Shown: positions 43,967 to 52,961 of the stretch, piece after piece
How the letters are laid out: each line of letters opens with the position of its first letter
Position numbering within the stretch: position 1 is the first letter of the stretch
IMG/VR virus record: IMGVR_UViG_3300042542_001939
Span: 1-53,564 of that record
Strand: one strand, 5' to 3'
Source: a virus
Lineage: Duplodnaviria; Caudoviricetes
DNA: 53,564 nucleotides
Program-made: the position numbers and the translations under genes
Notes under the pieces: model-generated
Told to the model about the DNA's origin: nothing
The model's input: only the letters and a program-made list of their open reading frames with translations
Database searches by the model: none

Positions 43967-44386
43967 TTATGCTGAATAAGTACCGCGTGTAACGGCACCT
44001 GTCACTTGGAACTCTGCTGAGAAAGTTACAACATCGCCAACTGCGCCACTCTTCTCGTAAGAAGTCATGAGGCACTCGCCTGTGTACTTTGAATCTCCAT
44101 TTGCTGAGCCTTCAGGTCCATACTCAAACGACAAAGATGCCGCTTGTCCTAGAACCGCGCTGAGGTGTGTATCAACTGTTGTATCGAAGTTACCTGAGAT
44201 TGAGATAGTTGCATCGCTCAAACCAACAATGTAGGTCTTTGCGTTTGAACCAAAACTTGTAGTTTCGGCTGTTTCGATTGTCTGTGGGAATGAAACATCT
44301 GTCAGCACATCGCTGATAGTAGTTATACTTCCCGCTGCATTGTCCACCTTAAATACGGTGGCTTTACCGTGTGTGAATGTAGGCAT
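43967..44386 (-). CDS. Major tail tube protein
   Basis: MPTFTHGK...ETAETTSFGS.AKTYIVGL.D. Confidence 0.85.
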   Translation of the reverse strand: MPTFTHGKATVFKVDNAAGSITTISDVLTDVSFPQTIETAETTSFGSNAKTYIVGLSDATISISGNFDTTVDTHLSAVLGQAASLSFEYGPEGSANGDSKYTGECLMTSYEKSGAVGDVVTFSAEFQVTGAVTRGTYSA

Positions 44387-45111
44387 TAGTTTCTCCTTGC
44401 GAAAGCCACTACTGGGGTGGCGCTACCTGTGGAACCTGCAACCGTGTAGTTCACGCGCAGGTATCTTGCTACGGCTCCAGCAACTTCAACTCTTTGAGAA
44501 GTTTTCTGTGTACTGGTGACCTCCGTAAAGGTAATCAAATCAGTAAAAGTCGAGTTGTCGGCTGACTGTTGGACTTTCACTGTTATGTTGCCATTACGAG
44601 TATTAGTTGGAACGCTTACGAAGCCTACTCCACCGTTTGTGGATGCGGCTCCATTATCAACAGATGTTCCATTTCCTGTTGTTGTTACTGCTGTGCCTGA
44701 AGAAAGAATTCTTCCATGCTCAACTCCGTCGCTTGACTGGAATTCAGCGCTTGTTTGTACGACATCTGCAACTGCTCCTGAAACTTCATATGATGTGTTA
44801 TCTGCCTCTAGGACGATAGCGGTTGCTCCGACTGAATTTCCTGAAGGTGCAACAACAACCAACTGCTTTGTGGTTGAACCAAGGACTGCTGAAAAAACAA
44901 CATCTGTTCCTGTTGTAGTGCCATCAAACATCCCGCTAAGTGAGACGGTGCCGTCTTGTAGTCCGACAATGTACTCTTTTGCTGATGAGCCAAAGGCTGT
45001 AGTTTCGGCGGTCTCAATAGAACTTGTCGCCGAAACATCATTAAAATATGTTGAAAAATCAAATTCATTTACAAAAATATTAACATTTTTACCATGTGCG
45101 AATGTAGGCAT
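44386..45111 (-). CDS. Tail tube paralog with a C-terminal beta-sandwich extension
   Basis: MPTFAHGK...ETAETTAFGS.AKEYIVGL.D, plus about 100 aa ending RYLRVNYTV. Confidence 0.8.
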   Translation of the reverse strand: MPTFAHGKNVNIFVNEFDFSTYFNDVSATSSIETAETTAFGSSAKEYIVGLQDGTVSLSGMFDGTTTGTDVVFSAVLGSTTKQLVVVAPSGNSVGATAIVLEADNTSYEVSGAVADVVQTSAEFQSSDGVEHGRILSSGTAVTTTGNGTSVDNGAASTNGGVGFVSVPTNTRNGNITVKVQQSADNSTFTDLITFTEVTSTQKTSQRVEVAGAVARYLRVNYTVAGSTGSATPVVAFARRN

Positions 45112-45431
45112 TATTTAGTCTCCTCAACTGGGCGCTGGAATGGTGTGCCGTCTTGGAGGAATCCGTCGCCATCGCCATCTGTTGCGTCAGCATCAAAGCC
45201 ATCAGGCTCGGCTACGACGGCTACAGGGGTCTCTTCGATTGACTCTTCTACAACAGGCTCGACTGCAACAGGCTCTTCAGCCTTAGTTGTTTTTTTATTT
45301 ACATCTTCAATTGCGCCGACTTCAAGAAGCCATTTGACTGAACTTGGTGCTAAATCATTTACAACATCGCCAATTTCAGCGCGTTTGTTTGGTGGGTAAT
45401 CGATACCCTGCAAGACTCGGTACTGAGCCAT
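45111..45431 (-). CDS. Small acidic virion-region protein with a C-terminal DGDGDG-DGT motif
   Basis: Start ATG 45431 after AGGAGG; ends DATDGDGDGFLQDGTPFQRPVEETK. Confidence 0.7.
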   Translation of the reverse strand: MAQYRVLQGIDYPPNKRAEIGDVVNDLAPSSVKWLLEVGAIEDVNKKTTKAEEPVAVEPVVEESIEETPVAVVAEPDGFDADATDGDGDGFLQDGTPFQRPVEETK

Positions 45432-45557
45432 CTTTAACCTCCTATGACGGCGCATGGGTAGCCCAAGTACACCGTCTAAGGTCACACGGACACGGAGGTA
45501 AGACGACTAACTCGGGCGACTAGCGCACAGTAGTCAAAGTGTATCGCATCAACTTTT

Positions 45558-45845
45558 TTACAAATTAGTAGTGCGTCGAAGTCTTTCTTCTTGAATCATA
45601 TTCAAAGTTAAAAAGTAACCGATTCCATCTACCACTGTGTCAGGCTTGGATTGATTGACCTCACGGGCTACCTTCATTCCCACCATGCAAAGGGCTACTT
45701 GCTCGGCAGAAACCTCACAGCCGAGGATTACAGACCATATCTTTGATGCCCTAGTAAAGTTATCTAAAGGATGCCCGTAGGCGTCCTGACGCTCTCCTGA
45801 GACCAACTCAGCGGCATACATGGCGATGTCTCTCGGGTCGTTCAT
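45558..45845 (-). CDS. DUF6378-like all-alpha protein (dNTP pyrophosphatase-related)
   Basis: GERQDAYG...NF...W...VALCM...KVAR...D..VDGIGY; start at ATG 45845. Confidence 0.7.
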   Translation of the reverse strand: MNDPRDIAMYAAELVSGERQDAYGHPLDNFTRASKIWSVILGCEVSAEQVALCMVGMKVAREVNQSKPDTVVDGIGYFLTLNMIQEERLRRTTNL

Positions 45846-47035
45846 AATACTTGGATGTCCGAGACTCCCGTTTGACTCACAACAAAGGTTAGAACCCCCA
45901 CATCGGCAATCTCCCCCGTCGATTGTCTCCACCATACGCTTCCCCCGTCGAGGGCTGGTGCTTGTAGCCATTTGACTCCTCCCCAATCTGCAAGTTTGAA
46001 TGAATGGTAGTGACCAGTTACTAAAATGTCACAATCACCAATTCTTTGACGACCTAGCGTTTGGTCAGCAATCCACCTACGCAACTTAGCCTCAACTCCA
46101 GCACCAGCGCGAGCAAGGTGTCCGTGAGTAATTCCGATAATTTTGCCATGAACTTCTATAGTAAGGCTCAACTCTTCGGTTGGAATTGCAAAACTGATAT
46201 GACCATAGGCTTCAGGATTAGCCTGAAAGATTTCTGCTACTGACTCAACAAGTGCCACATCGTCATTATCGTTAAGGGTTGTAAAGGCTTTACCGTTCTT
46301 TCGGTTTTCTCCGTGGTTTCCGCCAATGGCTGCAACTTTAATCTCAGGGACAATCTTTGACCAACGGATAAGGGCATCTCGTAAGAGGCGTCGAGCAATC
46401 TTTACTTGGTCTCGTCTATCAACTTCAACTGTAAAGGTCTGAATGTCGTAGTGACCATCGCATCCTTCTACTAAGTCACCTAAGCAAAGAACTGTAAGTG
46501 AATCAATAGGACGACCTATCTTTTTTAATTCTTTCAATCTGAACTCAACATCATCAATAGCCTGAAGCCATCGACCAACTAATCCTTTGAGACCGTCACC
46601 ATCTCGTTTACCTACTTGCCAGTCAGAAACACAAACAACTAGGCTTGCTCCTCCGACAATTTCTTTTCGCTCTCTCGGTTTATGTTTTTTAATCTCTGTA
46701 ATTAGGGCTTCAATATCTGCAACTTCTTGCTTGCCTTTGCGAACTACTTTGCCTTTCCATTGACGATTAAGAATACCTAAAGTATCGCCCCACACATTGA
46801 AAAGAACTGGCTCAACAACTGTAAAATGTTCAGGGTCTAATCCCCAAAGTTTAAGAACTCCCGACCAATCAGGATGAGAGTCACCTTCAATTGGCTCAGT
46901 GGTAATTGTTCCTTCATCGCCTTGCCAACTTACACCCGGCAACCATTCGGCTTTTCGTTCTCGAGGCTCGGTTTTTTTAACCGAGTTCATCTCTGTAGTT
47001 TTTAGAAGGTCATTGAGGGCATCATCAAGATTCAC
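45842..47035 (-). CDS. Calcineurin-like metallophosphoesterase
   Basis: SDWQ, GDLVEG, GNHGE, HGH, GHYH. Confidence 0.85.
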   Translation of the reverse strand: MNLDDALNDLLKTTEMNSVKKTEPRERKAEWLPGVSWQGDEGTITTEPIEGDSHPDWSGVLKLWGLDPEHFTVVEPVLFNVWGDTLGILNRQWKGKVVRKGKQEVADIEALITEIKKHKPRERKEIVGGASLVVCVSDWQVGKRDGDGLKGLVGRWLQAIDDVEFRLKELKKIGRPIDSLTVLCLGDLVEGCDGHYDIQTFTVEVDRRDQVKIARRLLRDALIRWSKIVPEIKVAAIGGNHGENRKNGKAFTTLNDNDDVALVESVAEIFQANPEAYGHISFAIPTEELSLTIEVHGKIIGITHGHLARAGAGVEAKLRRWIADQTLGRQRIGDCDILVTGHYHSFKLADWGGVKWLQAPALDGGSVWWRQSTGEIADVGVLTFVVSQTGVSDIQVL

Positions 47036-47408
47036 GAGAACACTTACACCCGTCTTTACCCATAAGGCGTCGTCGATGTCTACGCATAACATCTGAACTA
47101 ATTGTCACGCCATATTTTTCAAGCAACTCAGCAAGTCGAGCAGAATTCACATCAGGATTTGTCATAATCTCGTGAATCTTACTCCTAAGAGGTTCTTCAA
47201 GACTTGAAGTAAATCTTCCTACGGAGCATCCTTCGAGTTGTCGGCTTAATCCGATTATTGAATCAAGAGCATTAAATAAATCAGCCTGATTTATTTTTGG
47301 ACTTACATCTTGGACACCTGATACTCCACGGGCGCGTTGCACTTTCGAAGAGGAGCCTGTCGCATTTCCAGCATCGCTGGAACTCATCGGTTGTTGCGTT
47401 TCTGCCAT
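47025..47408 (-). CDS. Hypothetical protein (start uncertain)
   Basis: GCSVG...RRHRRR...GCKC. Confidence 0.6.
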   Translation of the reverse strand: MAETQQPMSSSDAGNATGSSSKVQRARGVSGVQDVSPKINQADLFNALDSIIGLSRQLEGCSVGRFTSSLEEPLRSKIHEIMTNPDVNSARLAELLEKYGVTISSDVMRRHRRRLMGKDGCKCSRES

Positions 47409-47463
47409 AAGCGTCTGCCAATCTCTCTATTGGTGTGTCTGCGGATGAACTTGTGGAGTCCAT
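47281..47463 (-). CDS. Com-like zinc-ribbon protein
   Basis: RCWKCDRLLF...IRCPRCKSKN matches Mu Com spacing. Confidence 0.6.
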   Translation of the reverse strand: MDSTSSSADTPIERLADAYGRNATTDEFQRCWKCDRLLFESATRPWSIRCPRCKSKNKSG

Positions 47464-47512
47464 CTTAAACTACCTCGAGGCATTTACGAAGATTTGATTC
47501 GGCGTGGCTCAT

Positions 47513-47938
47513 TTACATTCTAACCAAACATCTAAAATTAACAGATACAAGTGGACGGTATTTTGGGTCTACACCTAATAAGTTTACTGAACCCATAGGC
47601 TCAACTCGCATTACATGAACTCCTGAGATTGTCTGCTCAAGAACTGAGGCAAGCAATAATCGAATTGAATCGGCTTTGTCTCGAGCGGTTGGATAATCCT
47701 CGCGTCCTGCTCGGCAGATAATTTGAAGCATCGGATAGTCAATTCTTATTCCACCTGCTCCCATTGTAAAGGTGGGTGAACTGCCTGAGTTTTCATAGAT
47801 GGCTACGCAAGCATCGGGAGTTTCGGGCAAAGTACCTAAAAATAGGTTTGTTCCCAAAGTGCCTTGAGATGTGTGGGCGCCAAAAGCACTCGAGGTGTTT
47901 TGAAGGTAATCACCTATCGATTCAAGAATTGTTGCCAT
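47513..47938 (-). CDS. Tail terminator-like protein
   Basis: LFLG..PETPD...P.LQI..R...LG.D...R...S.NF. Confidence 0.75.
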   Translation of the reverse strand: MATILESIGDYLQNTSSAFGAHTSQGTLGTNLFLGTLPETPDACVAIYENSGSSPTFTMGAGGIRIDYPMLQIICRAGREDYPTARDKADSIRLLLASVLEQTISGVHVMRVEPMGSVNLLGVDPKYRPLVSVNFRCLVRM

Positions 47939-47943
47939 TTGAC

Positions 47944-48345
47944 CTATCTCCCGTTTCTAACAATGTGCATTATTCTACGCGATAGGTTTTTTTGGATTTC
48001 AGGGATTGCTTCCATCAGAGGTTGCTCAAGGTATTTAGCCTGAGTTGGAGGATTATGGTAATTGCCTATGATTTCATGGACATAAAGAGCGTAAGGCGCG
48101 GCGGGACCACCATAGAAAATATCCACAAAGTAACCCGTTGCTCCCATTTGAGGAGCAGAGACTCCTCCTGAGCCACGAAGAACTCCCGTATCAACTGGGA
48201 CTAAAACTTGTGACTTAGCAAAAATAAGGTTGGCTTCTTCATAAATTGCTTTAGCAACTGCTAAAGGCGACTGTTCACGAGCAAGTTTTAGAACGCTTTG
48301 AAGTTGTATGTCACCTTCGAGAGTGAAGGTATAGGTGTTTGCCAT
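47944..48345 (-). CDS. HK97 gp10-like tail completion protein
   Basis: VPVDTGVLRGS, YALYVHE, QAKYLE. Confidence 0.85.
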   Translation of the reverse strand: MANTYTFTLEGDIQLQSVLKLAREQSPLAVAKAIYEEANLIFAKSQVLVPVDTGVLRGSGGVSAPQMGATGYFVDIFYGGPAAPYALYVHEIIGNYHNPPTQAKYLEQPLMEAIPEIQKNLSRRIMHIVRNGR

Positions 48346-48347
48346 GG

Positions 48348-48683
48348 TTATCTACCAAAGCGTACGACGGTGTGATGCGCTCCGTTTTCATCTGATAACT
48401 GGTCTACTGCATTGATTGTAAAAGTGTCCGCCCCGACAACCATTCTGTGACTCACCGTAATTGATGTAAAAGGTCCATTGCTAATAAATCGCCCAATATC
48501 TACAACTTCAACTCCTTGTACATCTTTGGACTTAGTAGTGTCATAAATTAAACGACCAGTTGCAGTTACATTTGTTTGTGACGCACCAAAAGTAGGTTTG
48601 TTATATTTATCAACTGAAGCCTTTGGGGTAAAAACAACCGTATCGGTCATGAACTCCGCGACCTTGGAATAGATGGCTTCCAT
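48348..48683 (-). CDS. Head-to-tail stopper
   Basis: DKYNKP motif; position. Confidence 0.7.
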   Translation of the reverse strand: MEAIYSKVAEFMTDTVVFTPKASVDKYNKPTFGASQTNVTATGRLIYDTTKSKDVQGVEVVDIGRFISNGPFTSITVSHRMVVGADTFTINAVDQLSDENGAHHTVVRFGR

Positions 48684-48693
48684 GCTCTACCCC

Positions 48694-49146
48694 TTAGTTT
48701 GGTCGTGTATCTAAATCATTATGTGAATTTGGGTTTTCCATCATTCCAGCATAGAAGTCTGTGTTGTGATTGATAACTACACGGTCAGCCGTTGATTGAA
48801 GGGATTGAGCGTTAGCAAAAGGTCGTGGTGGAGATTTACGCATTTGACGCGCATAGATGTTGTTAGCCAACTCTTTGTAGTGAGCAATCTTTCCTGCATA
48901 AGACTCTGAGACAGAGATGTCTCCGACGCTCTTTGAGGATGAATCTGCCTCTCTTGCAAAACGAGCAATAAGGATTTCAGCCGCTTCTCTTGCAGCACTG
49001 TAGGCATCCCCACTCCACTCGGTAACAATGTAATTTAACTCTTCATCCGAGAAAAGTTGGTCACTGCTATTTGTGTCGCTAATTAAGAAACGAACATAAT
49101 TACGAGTCGATGTACTTGGGTCTCCTGAATAACTCCATGTCATCAC
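48694..49146 (-). CDS. Head-to-tail adaptor
   Basis: WSYSGDP...VRFLISDT...LFSDEE...SVGDISVS. Confidence 0.8.
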   Translation of the reverse strand: MMTWSYSGDPSTSTRNYVRFLISDTNSSDQLFSDEELNYIVTEWSGDAYSAAREAAEILIARFAREADSSSKSVGDISVSESYAGKIAHYKELANNIYARQMRKSPPRPFANAQSLQSTADRVVINHNTDFYAGMMENPNSHNDLDTRPN

Positions 49147-49355
49147 ATACCACCAAGCATAAAATTGATTGTGCGAACTGAGTCATCTGTAGCCGAGCCA
49201 GTAAGGGTGGCGTAAGTAGACGCCGCTGTAGCGGTAGTCAGGTAGTCATTAAGTTCAGTATCTACATCGGTAGCAAGATTAAAAATGTCGGTATGTACGG
49301 CAGGATTATCACCTGCGGTTGGGTATCGTAAACCTTTGGATGTTGTACCTGGCAT
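49143..49355 (-). CDS. Small virion protein
   Basis: MPGTTSKGLRYP...D...LA.DVD fibre-anchor-like N-terminus. Confidence 0.6.
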   Translation of the reverse strand: MPGTTSKGLRYPTAGDNPAVHTDIFNLATDVDTELNDYLTTATAASTYATLTGSATDDSVRTINFMLGGM

Positions 49356-49356
49356 T

Positions 49357-49716
49357 TTATACTCCTATCTCTATCCAAGATAAAGATTCTTCATTCCACA
49401 ACCAAAGACCTTCTACTGGTTTTGGTGTTGGGGCTTGCCAATCAAAGTTTTCGTCAAGTATCCAAGATGCAAAATTTTGAGGCGTTATGAAAACATTATT
49501 GACACTATCGTAAAAATCACCAACGCCAGCATATTTTTTACGCATTGTGCTGTTGTATGAAGTTTGCGCCCATTTGGTATCTGCACCAAAAAGTGCTTGA
49601 CAGAATTCAATGCCTTTAGCCTCTGACTCAATGCCATCAACTAAGAGTTCATTATTGTGAACAACAATCACATTTGTAACTAAATTGTTGTCGTCGAGTT
49701 GCGCGAAGTGTGCCAT
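49357..49716 (-). CDS. Fibre-associated conserved protein
   Basis: MAHFAQLD...WAQTSYN...YAG.G..YD. Confidence 0.65.
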   Translation of the reverse strand: MAHFAQLDDNNLVTNVIVVHNNELLVDGIESEAKGIEFCQALFGADTKWAQTSYNSTMRKKYAGVGDFYDSVNNVFITPQNFASWILDENFDWQAPTPKPVEGLWLWNEESLSWIEIGV

Positions 49717-50636
49717 TAGAAAGTTATAGTCCCGCTTCCAGTATAAGTATAAGTACGGAATCCACCTGATGTAACAATCGTAGGGGAACCAGTTGTTCCC
49801 GCCGCTAGTGGATATGAATCGGCATATTTAATAACAACCACACCTGAACCACCGTTACCGCCATAACCAAATGCTGAACCGCTTGAAAAACCACCACCAC
49901 CAGCACCGCCACCTGTATTTGCCGTTCCGTCTGCTGCATCATAAGGAGTTGCTCCGCTTGAACCACCTGTAACACCACCTGCACCTGGAGTATTACCAAC
50001 AGAAGTACCGCCACCGCCACCACCACCGTGAGCAACACCTAAAAGTGTAGCCCCAGTTCCACCAGCACCACCCGTTGCGCCACTACCAGCAGAACCATTA
50101 GTAGTCGTGCCTCCACCGCCACCGCCTGCAGTGCCTGGAGCAAGACCACCACTAAATACGCCTGTACCCGCAGAGCGACTTGCTGAACTACCGCCACCTG
50201 CTCCTTGCCCTCCGCCACCTGAGCCAGCAACACCGTTTTGTGGGTTTTGGCTTCCGCCACCTAATCCACCGCCACCACAAACAACAGTTCCAAATGATGA
50301 GTTATTACCATTAGTACCTAGTTGCGCTGAAGTGCCAGTATTTGTTCTTCTATCTTCAAGTCCTCCTGCACCAACTACTATTGTATAAGTGCCTAAAGCA
50401 GAAAAAGATGTAGTTAGTTTGAAACCTCCTGCGCCACCTCCGCCACCACCTACTTCACTACCGTAACTGCTGTCGCGAGATGTACCGCCACCACCTCCAG
50501 CCCCAATAACTAAAAAGTCAATAATTGTTGGAGGAAAAATAAATGGTGTTTGACGCAAAGTAATGGAACCCGTAGTCAGTTCGCTGGCTTGGGATGACGG
50601 AATCATTATCCGTTGTAGTCCTAGATGGGTTGTCAT
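49716..50636 (-). CDS. Glycine-rich fibre/receptor-binding-like protein
   Basis: IGAGGGGG...ANTGGGAGG...GGSGVVVIKY. Confidence 0.75.
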   Translation of the reverse strand: MTTHLGLQRIMIPSSQASELTTGSITLRQTPFIFPPTIIDFLVIGAGGGGGTSRDSSYGSEVGGGGGGAGGFKLTTSFSALGTYTIVVGAGGLEDRRTNTGTSAQLGTNGNNSSFGTVVCGGGGLGGGSQNPQNGVAGSGGGGQGAGGGSSASRSAGTGVFSGGLAPGTAGGGGGGTTTNGSAGSGATGGAGGTGATLLGVAHGGGGGGGTSVGNTPGAGGVTGGSSGATPYDAADGTANTGGGAGGGGFSSGSAFGYGGNGGSGVVVIKYADSYPLAAGTTGSPTIVTSGGFRTYTYTGSGTITF

Positions 50637-50657
50637 TACCGTACCTTTCCTTTAATA

Positions 50658-50894
50658 CTAGATTACGAGCGTGTCTGCTTCTTCTGCTGTTAGTGGTTCG
50701 CCAGCGATAAGTTTAGCCTTCGCACTTGCTTTAAGTGTAGCAAGGGCTTCAGCCTGTGCTGTGCGCTCTGCTTCTTCAATGGCGTAAGCCGCCACAGCAA
50801 CTTCTCGTTGAGCAATCTCTTCTGCTGTCAATGGTAGAACCTCAGTTATACCAGTTGAGCAGTCTACGACTACCTTCGTTAATTCATCGGACAT
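50658..50894 (-). CDS. Small fibre-associated protein
   Basis: VVDCSTG...PLTAEE...KASAKAKL; RBS AGGAG. Confidence 0.65.
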   Translation of the reverse strand: MSDELTKVVVDCSTGITEVLPLTAEEIAQREVAVAAYAIEEAERTAQAEALATLKASAKAKLIAGEPLTAEEADTLVI

Positions 50895-50912
50895 ATTTTT
50901 CTCCTTTCTCCT

Positions 50913-51437
50913 TTATGAGTTCTTTATACCGTATAGATAAAATGATGAACCTGATAACAAACTAGCGCTACCTTCAATCGTTATTGATGTGATTGCAGAG
51001 GAAGAACGATATAAACCAGCAAGAACACTTAATTCATTGTTAGTATCGCTGTTGTTTAATGCAGTATCAAAAGTAGAAAATGGTTTATTTGTTGTTCCTG
51101 TGTAATTTGCCATATATAATTGATTAGATGAAAAAGTATTTGCAGTACCGCTATTTGCAATACCTAAAACGGAAAACCCTGTAGCACTTGAACTTCTACT
51201 AGATTCTGATACACGGGGGTTGCTATTATCTAAACGCAATCTAGTGCGAGAATATAATGCAGAACTATCACCGTTAAATGTAACAAAAACTGACCCTATC
51301 GCACTTGCGCTGTTTTCACGAAAACTGTAACGCAATAATAAATCTGTAAAAGTGCTAGGGATTGCAGAAAAAGTTACAGAAGCCGTTGATGTGCCTAGTA
51401 CATTGGATGAAATAAATGTAAATGTATTGGCTGCCAT
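50913..51437 (-). CDS. Fibre tip paralog 3
   Basis: SVTFSAIPSTFTDL...SFYLYGI. Confidence 0.7.
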   Translation of the reverse strand: MAANTFTFISSNVLGTSTASVTFSAIPSTFTDLLLRYSFRENSASAIGSVFVTFNGDSSALYSRTRLRLDNSNPRVSESSRSSSATGFSVLGIANSGTANTFSSNQLYMANYTGTTNKPFSTFDTALNNSDTNNELSVLAGLYRSSSAITSITIEGSASLLSGSSFYLYGIKNS

Positions 51438-51440
51438 TTA

Positions 51441-51944
51441 TTAAGCCCTCAAAATTCCATAGAGAGTTGCGGTAGAACCTGTTGCAAAGTTATTTGCGCT
51501 ATTTGGAAAAATATCAATTCGGTTAATTGTTGAAGTTGAACGCCATAGCCCAACCATTCTTTCAACGACACCACTACCATTTTTATCGCCTGAACCAGTA
51601 ACTAAACACATTTTTAATCTTGAAGTTGAATACTGAAAAATATCTACTTCGTAGACTGCTGGAATTGTTGTAGTAGAATCTATTTGATTGGCTATATTTA
51701 CCTGTGTAGCGGTTCCTCCGTGTAAAGCACTTGCGCTTGAACCATTACCACTTAATCTTCCCCAAGTGTAATTTGCTCCTGTGTCATTATTGTAAATAAT
51801 ATAAGCGCCGATTGTTGAAGCGCTGGCTAACGCACTTACTACTAACCTTAAATCTGTGTAACTTGCAGAAATGCCTGAAAATGTAATAGACGCCGCGGAA
51901 GTGCCTAAAGTAGTGGTAGCCAGTGGCTCGTATGTTGCTGGCAT
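51441..51944 (-). CDS. Fibre tip paralog 2
   Basis: SITFSGISASYTDL...ATLYGI. Confidence 0.7.
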   Translation of the reverse strand: MPATYEPLATTTLGTSAASITFSGISASYTDLRLVVSALASASTIGAYIIYNNDTGANYTWGRLSGNGSSASALHGGTATQVNIANQIDSTTTIPAVYEVDIFQYSTSRLKMCLVTGSGDKNGSGVVERMVGLWRSTSTINRIDIFPNSANNFATGSTATLYGILRA

Positions 51945-52577
51945 TTACGCCGCCCCCTTAATTCCGTATAATGAAAAGGTTGAACCCGATGCCCAATTAA
52001 AGCCATTATTTTCAATAGAAAATGCAACAGCCGTTACTGCGGATGTACTTCTCCATTGCCCTGAACCTAAAGTTATTGTGCTAGTAGCATCAGTCCAACC
52101 ACCAAAAAATTGAAGTCGTTTGAAAGCAGTCGTAGAGGTGTAATCATGAATATCAACAATTCCTACCGAATATATGTTCGAAGTATTACCATCTTGAAGA
52201 GTGTGACCAACATCCATTCTATTGTTATTTGCCGCTGAGGTAAAATCTACATTGCTTGCACTATGAGAAAAAAGTCTTTGGTTATCATATGGAGTTCCAG
52301 CCTGAACACTATTTAGGAGCATAGAAATTGATGTTCTTGCGGTTCCTGCTTGACTTGAACGACCTATAAAACGCACTTGAAGATGAGTATAAGTTGCAGG
52401 AATACTTAAAAACTCAGCATAGCCTTGAGTACCATTTAATGTAACAGTTGCAATCGATTCATAAGCAGTAGGAAAAACAAAAGCCTGTTTTGCACTCGGG
52501 GTCGTTAAAGTACCCGACAACAAGGTTGATACCTGAATTGACGGGTTCGCACCTAACAAACGGCTTGGTAGCGACAC
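51945..52577 (-). CDS. Fibre tip paralog 1
   Basis: YESIAT...SIPATYTHL...FSLYGI. Confidence 0.7.
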   Translation of the reverse strand: MSLPSRLLGANPSIQVSTLLSGTLTTPSAKQAFVFPTAYESIATVTLNGTQGYAEFLSIPATYTHLQVRFIGRSSQAGTARTSISMLLNSVQAGTPYDNQRLFSHSASNVDFTSAANNNRMDVGHTLQDGNTSNIYSVGIVDIHDYTSTTAFKRLQFFGGWTDATSTITLGSGQWRSTSAVTAVAFSIENNGFNWASGSTFSLYGIKGAA

Positions 52578-52590
52578 TTGTTATTTCCTA

Positions 52591-52950
52591 TCAGGTAGTT
52601 GTTACGCGGTTTACGAATCCTTGAACCATGACAACATTTGTTGTTCCAGCAAAAGCACGGACAACAAGGGAGTTACGGAGTACTAAGTCAGGCAAAATAA
52701 GAGTTAATCCTGATGCCGCTGGGATTGACAACTTAATTAAATCGTCAGGGTCAGAAACTCCACCGTACTCAATAGTTAAGTTTACGGCTGAGGCTGATGA
52801 GTTGTGAGCATAGAGAGTGATTACATCACAATCTGACGCGGAAGATGTCGCTGTGTGAACTAGAGTTCCAGCAGTTGCAGTCGCGCCAATCTTGATTCCG
52901 CGACCGTTTGTTGAACCCGATAAAGGGATTCTTGATACTGTTGTTGGCAT
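52591..52950 (-). CDS. Fibre-associated protein
   Basis: Beta-rich 119-aa ORF in the fibre cluster. Confidence 0.65.
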   Translation of the reverse strand: MPTTVSRIPLSGSTNGRGIKIGATATAGTLVHTATSSASDCDVITLYAHNSSASAVNLTIEYGGVSDPDDLIKLSIPAASGLTLILPDLVLRNSLVVRAFAGTTNVVMVQGFVNRVTTT

Positions 52951-52961
52951 TTATTTTCTCC

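Noticed and set aside
39701-45118. Long plus-strand ORFs opposite the TMP and tail genes (also 210-689 and 29897-30493)
   Set aside because: Antisense shadows of well-supported genes, with no recognisable motifs.
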